Of a stretch of 64,000 bases of DNA, positions 29,694-40,616 are shown one piece after another. How positions within the stretch are numbered: position 1 is the first letter of the stretch; each line of letters starts with the position of its first letter. The notes beneath the pieces were generated by a model. That model had not been told where the DNA came from, searched no databases, and was given only the letters and a program-made list of their open reading frames with translations. A program made the translations under genes and the position numbers. Origin of the DNA: Leptospiraceae bacterium (GTDB taxonomy: Bacteria > Spirochaetota > Leptospiria > Leptospirales > Leptonemataceae). The stretch covers positions 64,001-128,000 of the forward strand of contig JAVJNR010000003.1 of assembly GCA_040217195.1 (NCBI GenBank), given 5' to 3'.

Positions 29694-30029
29694 ATTGTCA
29701 GAATTGCACCATTCATCCAAAAAACCAGGCAAATCCGGCTTCGGACCTTTTTTACGGACAATTCGCCAATACAGCTCATCGAACGTTACTGAGTCCGGTG
29801 CCTGTCCTATTCTCCAACCTCTGCAGAACTGCTTATCGCCGGCGAATTACTCCAGTCCCGATCATCAGACTCATACGTCACGTTGCCCACGCATTGCAAT
29901 TTAATTGTGTCAGTTCCTGACATCGTCGGTTTCTGACATCTTAATCGAATCCTGTAAAACTCGAATACTATCGCTCAAATTGTTCTGTTCCTGCCGCTTC
30001 AGGTTTCAAAGTGCTTCTTTGTCTGACTT

Positions 30030-31907
30030 TCAGGAATCAGCAATATGCAGCCCGGTTTCTCGTATGAGATGGTTGCGCGAAGCATCTGCAATTTCACTTG
30101 CATTGCCGTAGAGAATGCATTTCTTTCGAGCTCGTGTGATTGCTGTATAGAGCAATTCTCGATTCAGACGCTGTCTGGACCCTTTCACCGAGTCCAGAAG
30201 GATCAGCACTGCATCGTATTCCGAGCCCTGGGATTTATGAATTGTATGGCAGAAAGCCGGTTCATGCTCCGGTAATGCATCCCTCTGAAAAGATCGAAAT
30301 GTGGTTTCCTGCCTGGATTCAGACGCCGAGGGAAAGTAGGCCCTGGGTTCTGCAGCTGCAGGAGCCACAATTCCAGTGTCTCCATTGTATAGCCGCCTGA
30401 TGTTGTCATTGCGATGAAGCATCACCGGCATTCCGGAAAACCAGCCCGGATTGCCGGAAAGACCAAACCGATCCATAACAATCTGACTGCAGGCTCGGTT
30501 CACTGCTTCCACTCCGGCCGGGCCCTTTCGCACCGGACTCAGAATTCGCATAGCATTGAGCCTGGCGAAAGCTTCCTCTAGATCCATTTCGGGTCCAAAC
30601 TGTGCTGCACTTGCATTTCCCATCCATCCCAGAAGAAGTTCTACAAGGCTTAGTTTCGAAGAATCAATGAACTGAACCCCGTCCTGATCCAGATCCACTC
30701 CATTTACCACATTACTTTCAATCTGCTCCAGGGAAGCTGCCGAAAGCTTACCTTCTCGAAGCTCAGAGGCAAAATCCATCAGGGCTCCGCCGAATCGATG
30801 GCTACCTTTTAAAAATACAGAAAAAGCAGGCTTCGCCTCCATGGATTCAGGCAAATCCGCAACTCTCTTTCTGAGCTGCGAATAGATGATCTCCATCCTC
30901 TTATGAGCATCTCCATCTTCTTTGATTCGCAAAAAGTCCTGCAATACAGCACCGGCCTCCACCGAAGGCAATTGGTCAGGATCTCCCAGAAGCACCAGGG
31001 TAGTTCGCGCCGGGTCCACAGCTTCCAGCAATCGGCCCATTAATGTTACATCTACCATGGACAATTCATCAATTACCAGCAGCCTGGCCGGCAACGGTAG
31101 GTCCGCATCATGGTAGTAGCCGGATGGACTGACTCCCAGCAATCTATGGATTGTACTGCTTCTTACCTGTAGTATTGAGTCTTGAATGGACGGATCGATT
31201 CGAGCCCTTTGCTCCAGGCTTTCCAGAACTCGACTGGCCGCTCTTCCGGTGGGAGCGGCAATGCGAATATCCTGGGGATCGATGCCGGATTCCATGGCCA
31301 CTTTCAAAATTGCATAGATCGTTGAGGTCTTACCTGATCCGGGGCCGCCGGTTACAAGAACCATGGGCAGAGTTCCAGCCAGTAGAACCGCATAGGCCTG
31401 CTCGGCCGTAAGATCCATCTTTTGCAACATTCTGAATAAGCCATCCAGAAGCTCTTCAGATGGTATCAAACCCTGGATACCCTGCCTGCTTTGCACCGAT
31501 TTCAGGAATTTCTGGCGGTAGTAGTAATGCGCCTGGAAGAAAAGAAAACCTCTATGATGAATCAGAGGCACATAGGGCACATCTTCAATCCCCGATGATG
31601 CAACTTCCTCCATGGAAGCCATTATCGCGCGAAAGGAATCTGGGTTGAATTTGCTTCGTTGCTCCATCCACCACTGAAGCGCTTCCTCGGAAAGTGCGGC
31701 TCCTAGAATAGCCTCAAGCCTGGAATCCGGGGAATGCACCGGAATACACAGACTGCCCGCCGAATTTGCAATCATCAAGGATAATAGCCAGAACATTGCG
31801 GAATCATCCAGGCCACCCATTTCTTTTAGATCATTACAAAGGTGAATCGAATGCAGATCCAGCCATCCTTCCTTGCGAAAGTATTGCAGATATGGATGGT
31901 CAGACAT
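30030..31907 (-). CDS. recD: Exodeoxyribonuclease V alpha subunit
   Basis: TGGPGSGKT, AAPTGRAA, STIHRLL, IDELSM, LGDPDQLPSV, TIHKSQGSE, LLYTAITRAR. Confidence 0.95.
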   Translation of the reverse strand: MSDHPYLQYFRKEGWLDLHSIHLCNDLKEMGGLDDSAMFWLLSLMIANSAGSLCIPVHSPDSRLEAILGAALSEEALQWWMEQRSKFNPDSFRAIMASMEEVASSGIEDVPYVPLIHHRGFLFFQAHYYYRQKFLKSVQSRQGIQGLIPSEELLDGLFRMLQKMDLTAEQAYAVLLAGTLPMVLVTGGPGSGKTSTIYAILKVAMESGIDPQDIRIAAPTGRAASRVLESLEQRARIDPSIQDSILQVRSSTIHRLLGVSPSGYYHDADLPLPARLLVIDELSMVDVTLMGRLLEAVDPARTTLVLLGDPDQLPSVEAGAVLQDFLRIKEDGDAHKRMEIIYSQLRKRVADLPESMEAKPAFSVFLKGSHRFGGALMDFASELREGKLSAASLEQIESNVVNGVDLDQDGVQFIDSSKLSLVELLLGWMGNASAAQFGPEMDLEEAFARLNAMRILSPVRKGPAGVEAVNRACSQIVMDRFGLSGNPGWFSGMPVMLHRNDNIRRLYNGDTGIVAPAAAEPRAYFPSASESRQETTFRSFQRDALPEHEPAFCHTIHKSQGSEYDAVLILLDSVKGSRQRLNRELLYTAITRARKKCILYGNASEIADASRNHLIRETGLHIADS

Positions 31908-34900
31908 GCAACTGCTCCGGACTCAGATAATAGATACCCTCCTGGCTGCCATTTTTCATACCTCGAACGAATAAATAGTAGGCTCCCCCCAGGTGCAGCT
32001 CAGGATTGAAATCGGGAATCGTGATGGCCAGCCAGCGTGCCAGTGCCTGAAAATATATTCTAGCCTGTATATCGTATCTGTGATGCTTCATTTCCCTGGA
32101 GAGATGTTCATTGTCGTAGGCCTCCAATGAATTGGTCTTCCAGTCCAGAAGGTAATAGCAATTGTCTACTCTAAAGATCAAATCCACGAAGCCGCGTAAA
32201 TAGACCTCATTTAGCTCTGATAGATCCACGCCGGCCCAGGAAGCAAGCTCTGCAGGATTCGCTGTAATAAAGAATTCCATCTCTGCCAGAAGATCCCTGG
32301 ATGGGACACTGGACAGGGATACCCCGGCACCGGGTAAAACGGTTGTCAGAGTATTGCGAAGCATTTGCTCCATGGCTAAAAGAAATGCAGGATCCCGGGC
32401 TCGATCCGGAAAATATTGATTGGCTCGGCTGGAAATGGCCGGTTGAATCTGTCCCTCCAGAATGTCCTGGAAATCCAGGTCTTCCAGGATACTGTGCACC
32501 ATCAGTCCGAAGTCAATGCCAGCAGGTAGAGACGCTTGGCCTGAATCCGGCGAATCGGACTCAATGATCTCTTCTTCCAGGCGCGTGGCTCCGAGCATCT
32601 CTTCTAGCTTCTCCTGCAAGGATCTCACTTCAAGGGGAGCTGTAATTCGGCTGAGAAGGCTACTGAAAGAATGAATACCGCTTCGATGAAAGGAAAGCTG
32701 TAGATCCGGGCTATGAAAATTAAACAACTCCTCTTCCTGCGAAGATTCTTCAATGTCCTGCGATGGGCTGCTCCCGGAGGAAGGTGCATTTCGAAAACGT
32801 ATCAATTCTGCAATCCCGGATTCGGATAGATCGGACATCACCGGTCCCAGCACCTCTTTCTGTAACGGATGAATCCCTTTCGCATCCGAAACAAAGTAGA
32901 TAAATAGTTTTAGTGCTGCTCGAGTGAAGGCAACGTAAGCAAGACGCCTGTCTTCGCCCAGGCTTTCCAGCCGATGCCTTTCCCGCCGTTGCTCATCATG
33001 ACTGAGACTTAGCTTCATGCCGCCCGAATCCTGGTAACGCAAGATTTCAGGGAAGCCTCCTCTGGAGGTAAATTGAAGTGCAGAAAATACTACCGGAAAC
33101 TGTAGTCCCTTGCTTGCATGGATGGTCATGATGGAGACTCCGGGCTTTTCCCTTTTCCTTCGCATTAAATCCTGCTGAATGTCTGCTCCATAGGCGGCTC
33201 GCTGAACATACTGGATGAGCTCTTCCAGGCTACTTCCATATCCGATCGCATATTCCGAAAACTCTTCCAGTAGCTGCAAAGTCACCGAGATTCGGGATTC
33301 ATAGAGATGATTGCTTTCCCTCTTCTGCAGAACAAACGTTGAGTCCAGGAGGTTGCGAAAGAATTGAGGCCACTTTCCAGGAAGAGCCAATTCCCGCAGT
33401 TGGTCGAGTATCTGAACCACAGGATGATCCAGGCCAGGCTCCGGAAGAGAAGCCACCGATACGAGGGGAGCTGGAAAAAAGGAGGTCAATCGTAATTGAT
33501 TGTAATGTCTGTGTAGATCCTGAAGGCTGTGCAGTAATACCAGAAATTCATAGGCAGGCACACTGGTGTACAGACCGGACTCCTTGTAAATACTGCATGG
33601 AATAGATCGTTCCCTGAGTACCTTTTCGATGAGGCGTGCATCCTTATTCCTGGAGACCAGAATGGCCATATCTTCGTATTGCAGATTTCGCTTAATCTCA
33701 GATTCATTTCGACCTTCCAGAAGCTGAAATTTTCCGGCCAGCAGATTGATGTCTCCGGCTATCAATCTGGCGGTTTCAAACATACGAAGACGCTGATTTC
33801 CAGCATCCTTTAAATCATGTATTTCTACCGGAGGTGTATCCACACCGTCTGGCCATTTCCACTTTCTCAGTTCGTCGGAGGCAGCGTCAACGGAATGATA
33901 TAGGTCTCCAAACCAGTTACTATGGGAGAATAGTTTATCGAATACTCGAAGCAGTGGAGCATGGGAGCGGTAGCTGATGGATAATCTACCTTCCAGTCCA
34001 TCGACAGTGATCGCTTTTCGAGCCATTTCATAGGCCGAAATGTCCGCTCCCCGGAAGCCGTATATGGACTGTTTGGGATCGCCCACCACTGTAATTGAGG
34101 CTCCGGGGGCAGATACAAGATAGATATTCTTGAAGATACTCCATTGAACTGGATCTGTATCCTGAAACTCGTCAATGACTGCGAATGGAAAACGGTCCCT
34201 TAACAGAGCGGCCAGGTCAGAACTGTGCTCCACCTCTCGATCCACGAATCTAAGTAAATCCTGAAACTCCAGACTTCGATTGGCTTTCTTCCAGTTTCCG
34301 GTTATCCGATCCACCTGCAGACTACAGAGTTCCAGGAATCGCTCATAGACCGGAGCTTTTTGTTGTCTACCTGCCTCCCAGATCTTCACCAGCTCATGCA
34401 GGAATTCACCTAAATTCGATTCAACCCCATCCCACAGGGGATCCTCTGAAGATCCCATGTTCTGTACTGTGAGCTCTCCAGCAGACTTTAGTAATGGCCA
34501 GAAGTACTCCGAACTGTGATGTTTTGAATCGGCCAGAAATCGAAACAATTGCCATAGACTTTCCTGCCAGGTGGCAGATGCGGATCGAACCCTGCTATTA
34601 AACTGCTTTCTAGTGGCCAGCAACTCTTTGTTCAGTTGCGAATCCTTGCTCAATTGTTCCGGAGCATTCCAGGAATCCGAGTAAAGGGGTTTTAGTAAAG
34701 AAAGGCCATAAAGAAGATTTTCATCCAGATCCAGAAGTCTTTGCTTCAATTCCTGGATCCGCAACTGAATCTCTGCAGGAATCAACTCCTGGTCCGGTAC
34801 GAACGGAATATGAATCTGTGTCTCTGTCTGTGCGCCGAATAACGGAAACAGATCTTCGGATTGACCTGCTGGCTTCGCAGAATCTGAGAAATCCAGTGGC

Positions 34901-35541
34901 AATCCCTGCTCGCGAATATGCTCCAGCAAGTTGAGAAGCTGATCATCAAAAGAGAATCCATCTGTGCTAAAACCCACTCGGTAATCAAAGAAATCGGATA
35001 TGGATAATGCCAGCGGCAACTGATCGGCGAACCAATCCATCAGATACTTGCGAATGGTTTCAGTAATTGCCTCCTGGCGAAGTAGATCATTCTGTTCAAT
35101 TCTGAAATCCGCATCTCCGGCCAGGCCGGTGGTGCGAATGATATGGTTGCAGAATCCATGAATTGTGAAAATGCAGGCAGAATCAAAACGCTTTAGAGCC
35201 AGATTCGCTCTTTGCTGCATGGTGGCTTCGTCAGCCCCTTCAGGAACTTTCGAGAGACTGGCAAGCCCTTCGCGAACAAATCGAGCCAATCTCTGTCGAA
35301 TGCGTAGCTTGAGTTCTCCAGTGGCTTTCTCGGTAAATGTCAAAACCAGAACTTCATGTATTTCAGGCACTCGAAGATCGGAGCTACCGTTCAGATGAGC
35401 CCCGTGCAGAATCCAGAACAGGACCTGTTCTTCAATAAAGTGGGTTTTTCCAGTACCGGCCGAGGCTTCAATAATTCGATGCTTTCCGCTACCCAGGAAC
35501 TCTGGCTCATACGGATCCAGATGCCTTGCAACATCGTTCAT
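31900..35541 (-). CDS. recB: Exodeoxyribonuclease V beta subunit
   Basis: EASAGTGKT, TFTEKATGEL, IDEFQDTD, VGDPKQSIYGFRGAD, TIHASKGL, nuclease motif GFVDL…LDWKTN. Confidence 0.95.
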   Translation of the reverse strand: MNDVARHLDPYEPEFLGSGKHRIIEASAGTGKTHFIEEQVLFWILHGAHLNGSSDLRVPEIHEVLVLTFTEKATGELKLRIRQRLARFVREGLASLSKVPEGADEATMQQRANLALKRFDSACIFTIHGFCNHIIRTTGLAGDADFRIEQNDLLRQEAITETIRKYLMDWFADQLPLALSISDFFDYRVGFSTDGFSFDDQLLNLLEHIREQGLPLDFSDSAKPAGQSEDLFPLFGAQTETQIHIPFVPDQELIPAEIQLRIQELKQRLLDLDENLLYGLSLLKPLYSDSWNAPEQLSKDSQLNKELLATRKQFNSRVRSASATWQESLWQLFRFLADSKHHSSEYFWPLLKSAGELTVQNMGSSEDPLWDGVESNLGEFLHELVKIWEAGRQQKAPVYERFLELCSLQVDRITGNWKKANRSLEFQDLLRFVDREVEHSSDLAALLRDRFPFAVIDEFQDTDPVQWSIFKNIYLVSAPGASITVVGDPKQSIYGFRGADISAYEMARKAITVDGLEGRLSISYRSHAPLLRVFDKLFSHSNWFGDLYHSVDAASDELRKWKWPDGVDTPPVEIHDLKDAGNQRLRMFETARLIAGDINLLAGKFQLLEGRNESEIKRNLQYEDMAILVSRNKDARLIEKVLRERSIPCSIYKESGLYTSVPAYEFLVLLHSLQDLHRHYNQLRLTSFFPAPLVSVASLPEPGLDHPVVQILDQLRELALPGKWPQFFRNLLDSTFVLQKRESNHLYESRISVTLQLLEEFSEYAIGYGSSLEELIQYVQRAAYGADIQQDLMRRKREKPGVSIMTIHASKGLQFPVVFSALQFTSRGGFPEILRYQDSGGMKLSLSHDEQRRERHRLESLGEDRRLAYVAFTRAALKLFIYFVSDAKGIHPLQKEVLGPVMSDLSESGIAELIRFRNAPSSGSSPSQDIEESSQEEELFNFHSPDLQLSFHRSGIHSFSSLLSRITAPLEVRSLQEKLEEMLGATRLEEEIIESDSPDSGQASLPAGIDFGLMVHSILEDLDFQDILEGQIQPAISSRANQYFPDRARDPAFLLAMEQMLRNTLTTVLPGAGVSLSSVPSRDLLAEMEFFITANPAELASWAGVDLSELNEVYLRGFVDLIFRVDNCYYLLDWKTNSLEAYDNEHLSREMKHHRYDIQARIYFQALARWLAITIPDFNPELHLGGAYYLFVRGMKNGSQEGIYYLSPEQLHV

Positions 35542-38500
35542 TGCCAGACCTCCTCAATCCTGGTGCGCATTTCCACTCTCCGCTCAAATTCACTGGAATC
35601 GGCCCCCAGGCTTCCAGATTGCATGATTAGCTCCATAAGCCGGGAAGCATCCAGCTTTTCCATTACCATACCAAGTACCGGATGAGTGGATTCCTGGAGT
35701 TCCTGCCAGGAGTCCAGAAGTAGCTCCTCCATACGGTGTGGGCTCAGGTCGCCCTCCTTCAAATCATGGAACATCAATGGACCGTATATCTGTAGCTCAT
35801 CGCAAAGATACTCCGCCATTTCTTTCATTTCATCCAGGCCGACCGATAGCTGGCGAACTTCCAGCTTTCCTTCGCCAGATAATTTGAGAAAGCAAACCTC
35901 ATGCTTCAGTTCCATGTTTCGTTGCAGTGCGAAAAACAATAGGCTCATGAAGGTGCCAATAAGAGTGCGGCTATCCAGGGCATTGCCTGCCGGTACAATA
36001 AACCGTCTTGATTGATTGGAAAAATAGGGAATGGAAAAATGAAACTCCATGCCTCGAATGGAGTACGGAGATTCAAGTTGCATGAATGGCAGAGGCCGCA
36101 GATCCGGACGCATGGAAGAAATATAGGCACCATCGTCAGCTACCAGATCTATGAAAGTCTGATTTTCCAGGGAAAGGTATGGCTGATTCTGATCCAGAGT
36201 GAAGTAATCCAGATCCGCGAAATAACCGGCCGGAGCGGCCCCTCTGGATATTAGATCCTGATACAGAGTTTCCAGAAGTTTCCTGTATGCTTCACTGGAG
36301 CCCAGAAAATGGGCTGCCAGGTCCCGCATCAGATATTTGAGCTGATTTCTATGGCCTGGAATCAGTCGATAGGGCTCATCCGAAACATCCGATGCATCCT
36401 CCTGACGTAGCGGATAGGCATTTAGCTTAAAATCCAGAAAAGCTCTCAGGGGCTCCGTGAATAGTCTTACAAGCTGATGGGGTTTGAAACTCTTGCGAAA
36501 CAGAGCGGAAGGCTCCTGTTTCTCTGGAACTGGATTGGACGATTGAGTCTCTGCGAACCATCTTTCGCGCAATACCTTCACATGCAAGGGATCTAGAATT
36601 TCACTGTTGTTATACTCTCTAGAAATCCACAGATAAGGCAATAGCTGACGTTTCTCCCTTTTGAGGAAATCCTCCAGCTCCAGAATCACCGAAGATGGCT
36701 GGTATTCATCATCTCGGGCTAGATCCCGGCCCACGTAGCTCAGAGTAAGACTATCCTCATAACTGCTAATCGCTTCGAGAAATAAGAATCGATTTCCATC
36801 CGGCAATGAAGAATCGCCAGGTAATCGAAATTGTCTGCGAAGGTCTTCTGGATGAGATAGTGGAAATCCAGGAAAATCCCCTTCCTTCAGTCCAGCTATA
36901 TAGAGATGGCGAAACGGGATGGGGCGCATGGGCTGCAGAGCTGAAATAGTTACTCCCTGGATCAGATATTCTCCAATGCCACCGGCCACTTCTTTCAACG
37001 ATTCCAGAACCCATTCCCTGGCCATCAATGGAGCGGGTATGAATCCTATTTTTTTGCATTCCTCTCTGGCGGATTGAAGACTTTCCATCAAGGAAAGATA
37101 AATCCGGCTTTCTTTGCGATGATCCTTAATACTGACGAAGGTTTGAATTAGTTCCCGAATAACTGTAAATGGATCATCGGAATGTTTCAGTTCCTTGCGA
37201 AAGCTCTCAAGTTGCTCAATAAAGTCCCAGAGCCGACCAAAGAGATCTGGCTCAAAGATGCCTCTGGGTGCTGGCTGGTATCCCTGAAACGGCCCGGCCC
37301 TGCCTACCATGATATCAGAAAGTCGTAATCGTCGCAGCCCATGTTTCCAGGAATGAACCGGAAAAACAGTGTCCGAGCTTCCTCGAAAGATATTCAGTTC
37401 ATCCACCTTTTGCAGCAAGCTCTGGTAGTCCTCCGATTGGAATCCCCATTTCTTGCGGATCATCGGATTGGCCAGAAGATGAAATACATTCCTGCGATCC
37501 AGAGGTTGATCAAATTTCAACAGAGTTCGCAGCGCATCCCCCAGTCGGCTGGTCTCTCTGGCAGAAAAATCCGTAAGATTGAAAGGTAACTGATTCCTGC
37601 CGCCGAATACATATTCGAAATGAGCCCGATACCGATGCATGGTGGGTACCAGAATACCGATGTCCTCTGGCTTCAGCGAATCATCGTCTCTTAGTTTGAT
37701 AAGTATATCATCATGAATGAATTCTACTTCCTTTCGCATCCCTGGAGCTTCCACTATCTTAAGCGATGTGTCCGGTCCCAGGCTTTTCAGTACCCCGGCC
37801 GATTTGCTCCCCGGGTATCGATGCCATAAAAGGTAACTTCCTTTAGACTCCAGAAAGGATTGTCCCTTGCGGAATAGAAATAGTAGTTCCTGTCCATCCC
37901 TTTGAAAACTGTATTCCTGTTCGCTGAGATTTCTGTGGAGCACTTGAAGAGACTCATCTTCCTTTCTGGTCTGGAATACTGGAGGATCGATTTGCTCCCA
38001 TTCCGTGCCCTGCGGATGAGTAAGAGAGGATGAGAATACATCAAAAAGAAAGATTCGAACCGGAAAATGTAGCGATAGTCGAAACAGCAAAGAAAGATGC
38101 AGTCGGGACATCCGCGAAAGGCCAAATACATAGAGAGGATCCTCCGTAAACTCTCCTCGTTCAAGCGCCAGTCCTGCTAGCTCTGAGAATCCCAGAAATC
38201 CTGCCGAATGTAATTTCTCCAGCATAGAACAATATAGCTTTTTCTGTGTGCGAAAGTGGTGGTTCTCTTCCAGGGAAAATGTTTCTTCCAATCCGAAGAT
38301 ATCGGAATCGAATGTTGTGGGACTGGAAGACAGCTCCTTTTGCCAGGAGCGAATCATAGGATTTCTATGATACTCGTAATCCCGGAATAGATAGGTAAGA
38401 TGGGCCGATCGTCTATAGAGTTCCAGGGAATCCGGTGCGCTGCCCAGGGATGGATCAATGGACGGATCGGTTTGAAGAGCCTGGATCAAGGCCCATTGCT

Positions 38501-38750
38501 GCAAACCGGCGGATGCCTGTCTGGATTGCAGACCAGCGCTCAGCACACTGGAAATTCCCTGTTCCAGGTACTGGAAGTTCAGATTGGCCGCCACTCCCTT
38601 ACTGTTTGCCAGTTGCATTTGCATCCAGCGTCGCAGATTTCGGTTGGGAATAAGCAACCTGGGCGGTCGCAGAGGATCCGAATGAGAAGCCAGCTGAGAC
38701 TGGAGCTTGCTCAGCAATCGCTCCAGTGTATCTGCAATGTAGAGCTCCAT
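35538..38750 (-). CDS. recC: Exodeoxyribonuclease V gamma subunit
   Basis: WMQMQLA…GVAAN, LQPMRPIPFR…GLKEGDFP, RFLFLEA…LSYVG…PS; ATGA coupling to recB. Confidence 0.9.
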   Translation of the reverse strand: MELYIADTLERLLSKLQSQLASHSDPLRPPRLLIPNRNLRRWMQMQLANSKGVAANLNFQYLEQGISSVLSAGLQSRQASAGLQQWALIQALQTDPSIDPSLGSAPDSLELYRRSAHLTYLFRDYEYHRNPMIRSWQKELSSSPTTFDSDIFGLEETFSLEENHHFRTQKKLYCSMLEKLHSAGFLGFSELAGLALERGEFTEDPLYVFGLSRMSRLHLSLLFRLSLHFPVRIFLFDVFSSSLTHPQGTEWEQIDPPVFQTRKEDESLQVLHRNLSEQEYSFQRDGQELLFLFRKGQSFLESKGSYLLWHRYPGSKSAGVLKSLGPDTSLKIVEAPGMRKEVEFIHDDILIKLRDDDSLKPEDIGILVPTMHRYRAHFEYVFGGRNQLPFNLTDFSARETSRLGDALRTLLKFDQPLDRRNVFHLLANPMIRKKWGFQSEDYQSLLQKVDELNIFRGSSDTVFPVHSWKHGLRRLRLSDIMVGRAGPFQGYQPAPRGIFEPDLFGRLWDFIEQLESFRKELKHSDDPFTVIRELIQTFVSIKDHRKESRIYLSLMESLQSAREECKKIGFIPAPLMAREWVLESLKEVAGGIGEYLIQGVTISALQPMRPIPFRHLYIAGLKEGDFPGFPLSHPEDLRRQFRLPGDSSLPDGNRFLFLEAISSYEDSLTLSYVGRDLARDDEYQPSSVILELEDFLKREKRQLLPYLWISREYNNSEILDPLHVKVLRERWFAETQSSNPVPEKQEPSALFRKSFKPHQLVRLFTEPLRAFLDFKLNAYPLRQEDASDVSDEPYRLIPGHRNQLKYLMRDLAAHFLGSSEAYRKLLETLYQDLISRGAAPAGYFADLDYFTLDQNQPYLSLENQTFIDLVADDGAYISSMRPDLRPLPFMQLESPYSIRGMEFHFSIPYFSNQSRRFIVPAGNALDSRTLIGTFMSLLFFALQRNMELKHEVCFLKLSGEGKLEVRQLSVGLDEMKEMAEYLCDELQIYGPLMFHDLKEGDLSPHRMEELLLDSWQELQESTHPVLGMVMEKLDASRLMELIMQSGSLGADSSEFERRVEMRTRIEEVWQ

Positions 38751-38788
38751 ACTCACTTCTGCAGATTACCGGTTAACTGTGACAGAAA

Positions 38789-39586
38789 TCAAGTAGCAAT
38801 GGGATGCTTGCCCTGAGCCACCTGACGACGACTGAAGAAATGAATTACATCTGGCATCCATCGAGCACCGAAGTAGCACAGCCGGGCCATTATACCCGGT
38901 AAATACCTTCGCTTTCTCTTTTCCATGGATCGAATCATTCCCGCCACCACTTTGTCTGGATCATCCACCAGCCAGGAAGGGATACTGGAAGATCGATCCT
39001 CACCGTATCCTGGAGAATCCAGAATGGCGGTTCGAGTGAAGAAAGGATGAATGTTGAGTACCCGAATGTTCCTTCCGGCCAATTCCTGATCTAGCACATC
39101 ACCCAGGGAGCGAATTCCCCATTTGCTCACTACATAGGAAGCAAGTCCGGCCGGAGCCAGCAATCCAGCCACAGAAGAAATATGCACAATCATGCCACCG
39201 TCTTTGATTCTATCATGCAGGCCATGGGTAATTCGAATAGGGGCCAGAAGATTCACGGCCACCACACGCTCCGTTTCTACCAGCGGAACATTCTGAAAAG
39301 AACCTTTTCGCGCAATACCTGCATTGTGAACGATTAGATCTACATCTCCGAGCTTCTTAATGGCACTGCGTACCAGCTTCTTACAGCCAGCTTCCGTAGA
39401 AAGGTCGCAATTTTCTGAAAAGATTTCTCCGTTAGATACATCCTGGATTTCCTTAAGGAAGGCAGGACTTACTTTTAGATCGGCAAGCAGGATGCTGGCT
39501 CCGCGCACAGATAATTGTCGGGCCAATCGGGAGCCGAAGCCCCCGGTAGCGCCTGTGAGGAGAATTCTCTTTCCGGTCCAATCCAT
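38789..39586 (-). CDS. Short-chain dehydrogenase/reductase
   Basis: TGATGGFG, HNAG, YVVSK catalytic motif. Confidence 0.9.
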   Translation of the reverse strand: MDWTGKRILLTGATGGFGSRLARQLSVRGASILLADLKVSPAFLKEIQDVSNGEIFSENCDLSTEAGCKKLVRSAIKKLGDVDLIVHNAGIARKGSFQNVPLVETERVVAVNLLAPIRITHGLHDRIKDGGMIVHISSVAGLLAPAGLASYVVSKWGIRSLGDVLDQELAGRNIRVLNIHPFFTRTAILDSPGYGEDRSSSIPSWLVDDPDKVVAGMIRSMEKRKRRYLPGIMARLCYFGARWMPDVIHFFSRRQVAQGKHPIAT

Positions 39587-39616
39587 TCGTTGAAACCATC
39601 GTCCAGCGGTAGCTCG

Positions 39617-40303
39617 TCAAGCTACCTTTTCCATCAATAGATAGGACAGAGCCAGGGCACCGGTGTAGAGCAGACTAATCTTGAATCCATTGAATATCCA
39701 GTAAAACCAGGGTTTGTTCTGGCTCAGATGGAAATGCTGATACAGAAAGAATCCAAGCATGAATTCCGGAAGCAGAACATACACAGCCACATGGCCTACC
39801 ATGCTGACATTACGGGCATACCAGGATCCCAGCATCCACAGACTGGCTTCAGAGGCGGCAAAAATTAAAAGTCCTACAAATCCACAAAGCAATGCAGCCT
39901 TGAATTCGGATCCATGGGAAAGCCATTGCTCGGATGTGAAAGCTCCCTGGTACAGTCGACCGGAAAGTAGAATGAAAAAGAATGGAATGGCCCACAGTCC
40001 TGCCATATAGCCACTGACAGTACCTATCTTCAAAACACCGTCTTCGGGAAATACAAGAACCCCCAGGACAGCCGAAAGAAACCAATCGGGTAGCACCTGA
40101 AAGATGCTTACTATTGTGGAGAAAAGCCAGATAGCCCAGAGCTCCGGAAAGCGCTCTCTGTTAAGGAAGGAGAATCCTCCAAATAGCAACGCGAAAAACA
40201 AAACCAGAAGCAGAAAATGCCATCCTGCGGGGACCGGAATAAGCAATGTGCCTGCACATAGGGCAGCGAAGATTGCGGTTAGTTTAAGTATTGAGCCGAG
40301 CAT
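39617..40303 (-). CDS. Hypothetical multi-pass membrane protein
   Basis: About 7 TM segments; FQVLPDWFLS…LVFP and YMAGLWAIP; ATG 40303 chosen as start. Confidence 0.7.
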   Translation of the reverse strand: MLGSILKLTAIFAALCAGTLLIPVPAGWHFLLLVLFFALLFGGFSFLNRERFPELWAIWLFSTIVSIFQVLPDWFLSAVLGVLVFPEDGVLKIGTVSGYMAGLWAIPFFFILLSGRLYQGAFTSEQWLSHGSEFKAALLCGFVGLLIFAASEASLWMLGSWYARNVSMVGHVAVYVLLPEFMLGFFLYQHFHLSQNKPWFYWIFNGFKISLLYTGALALSYLLMEKVA

Positions 40304-40373
40304 AGGAATTGTATTGCCAGATCCAAATTGAATACCAGCCTGGGTGGAGAACAAGCGAATTACGAGTAAATGA

Positions 40374-40553
40374 ATGAAGTTTTTAAAGCTGGAAGATACC
40401 TATTTGAATATTAAGAGGGCTCGACGAATCCAGGTAGACGATAACGGAGAAGTCCTGGTTGTTTTTCGCAGAAAAGAAGCCTATCGATTTACTGGAAGAA
40501 AAGCAGAGCTTCTGAAGAAGTATCTGCTGCAAAACCATACGGAAGTTTCCTGA
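40374..40553 (+). CDS. Small hypothetical protein (59 aa), below the ORF-track cutoff
   Basis: MKFLKLEDTYLNIKRARRIQVDDNGEVLVVFRRKEAYRFTGRKAELLKKYLLQNHTEVS*; fills an otherwise empty gap and has a globular strand/helix pattern. Confidence 0.6.
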   Translation: MKFLKLEDTYLNIKRARRIQVDDNGEVLVVFRRKEAYRFTGRKAELLKKYLLQNHTEVS

Positions 40554-40616
40554 CTTACTTTTGAATTCTGGTGGCAGGGAATTGCTGCTCCGGATTGTCC
40601 GAAGCAGCATATTCGA

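Noticed and set aside
30030..38756. Helicase-nuclease trio as a novel defence system
   Set aside because: Motifs, sizes and the recC-recB-recD order match ordinary RecBCD
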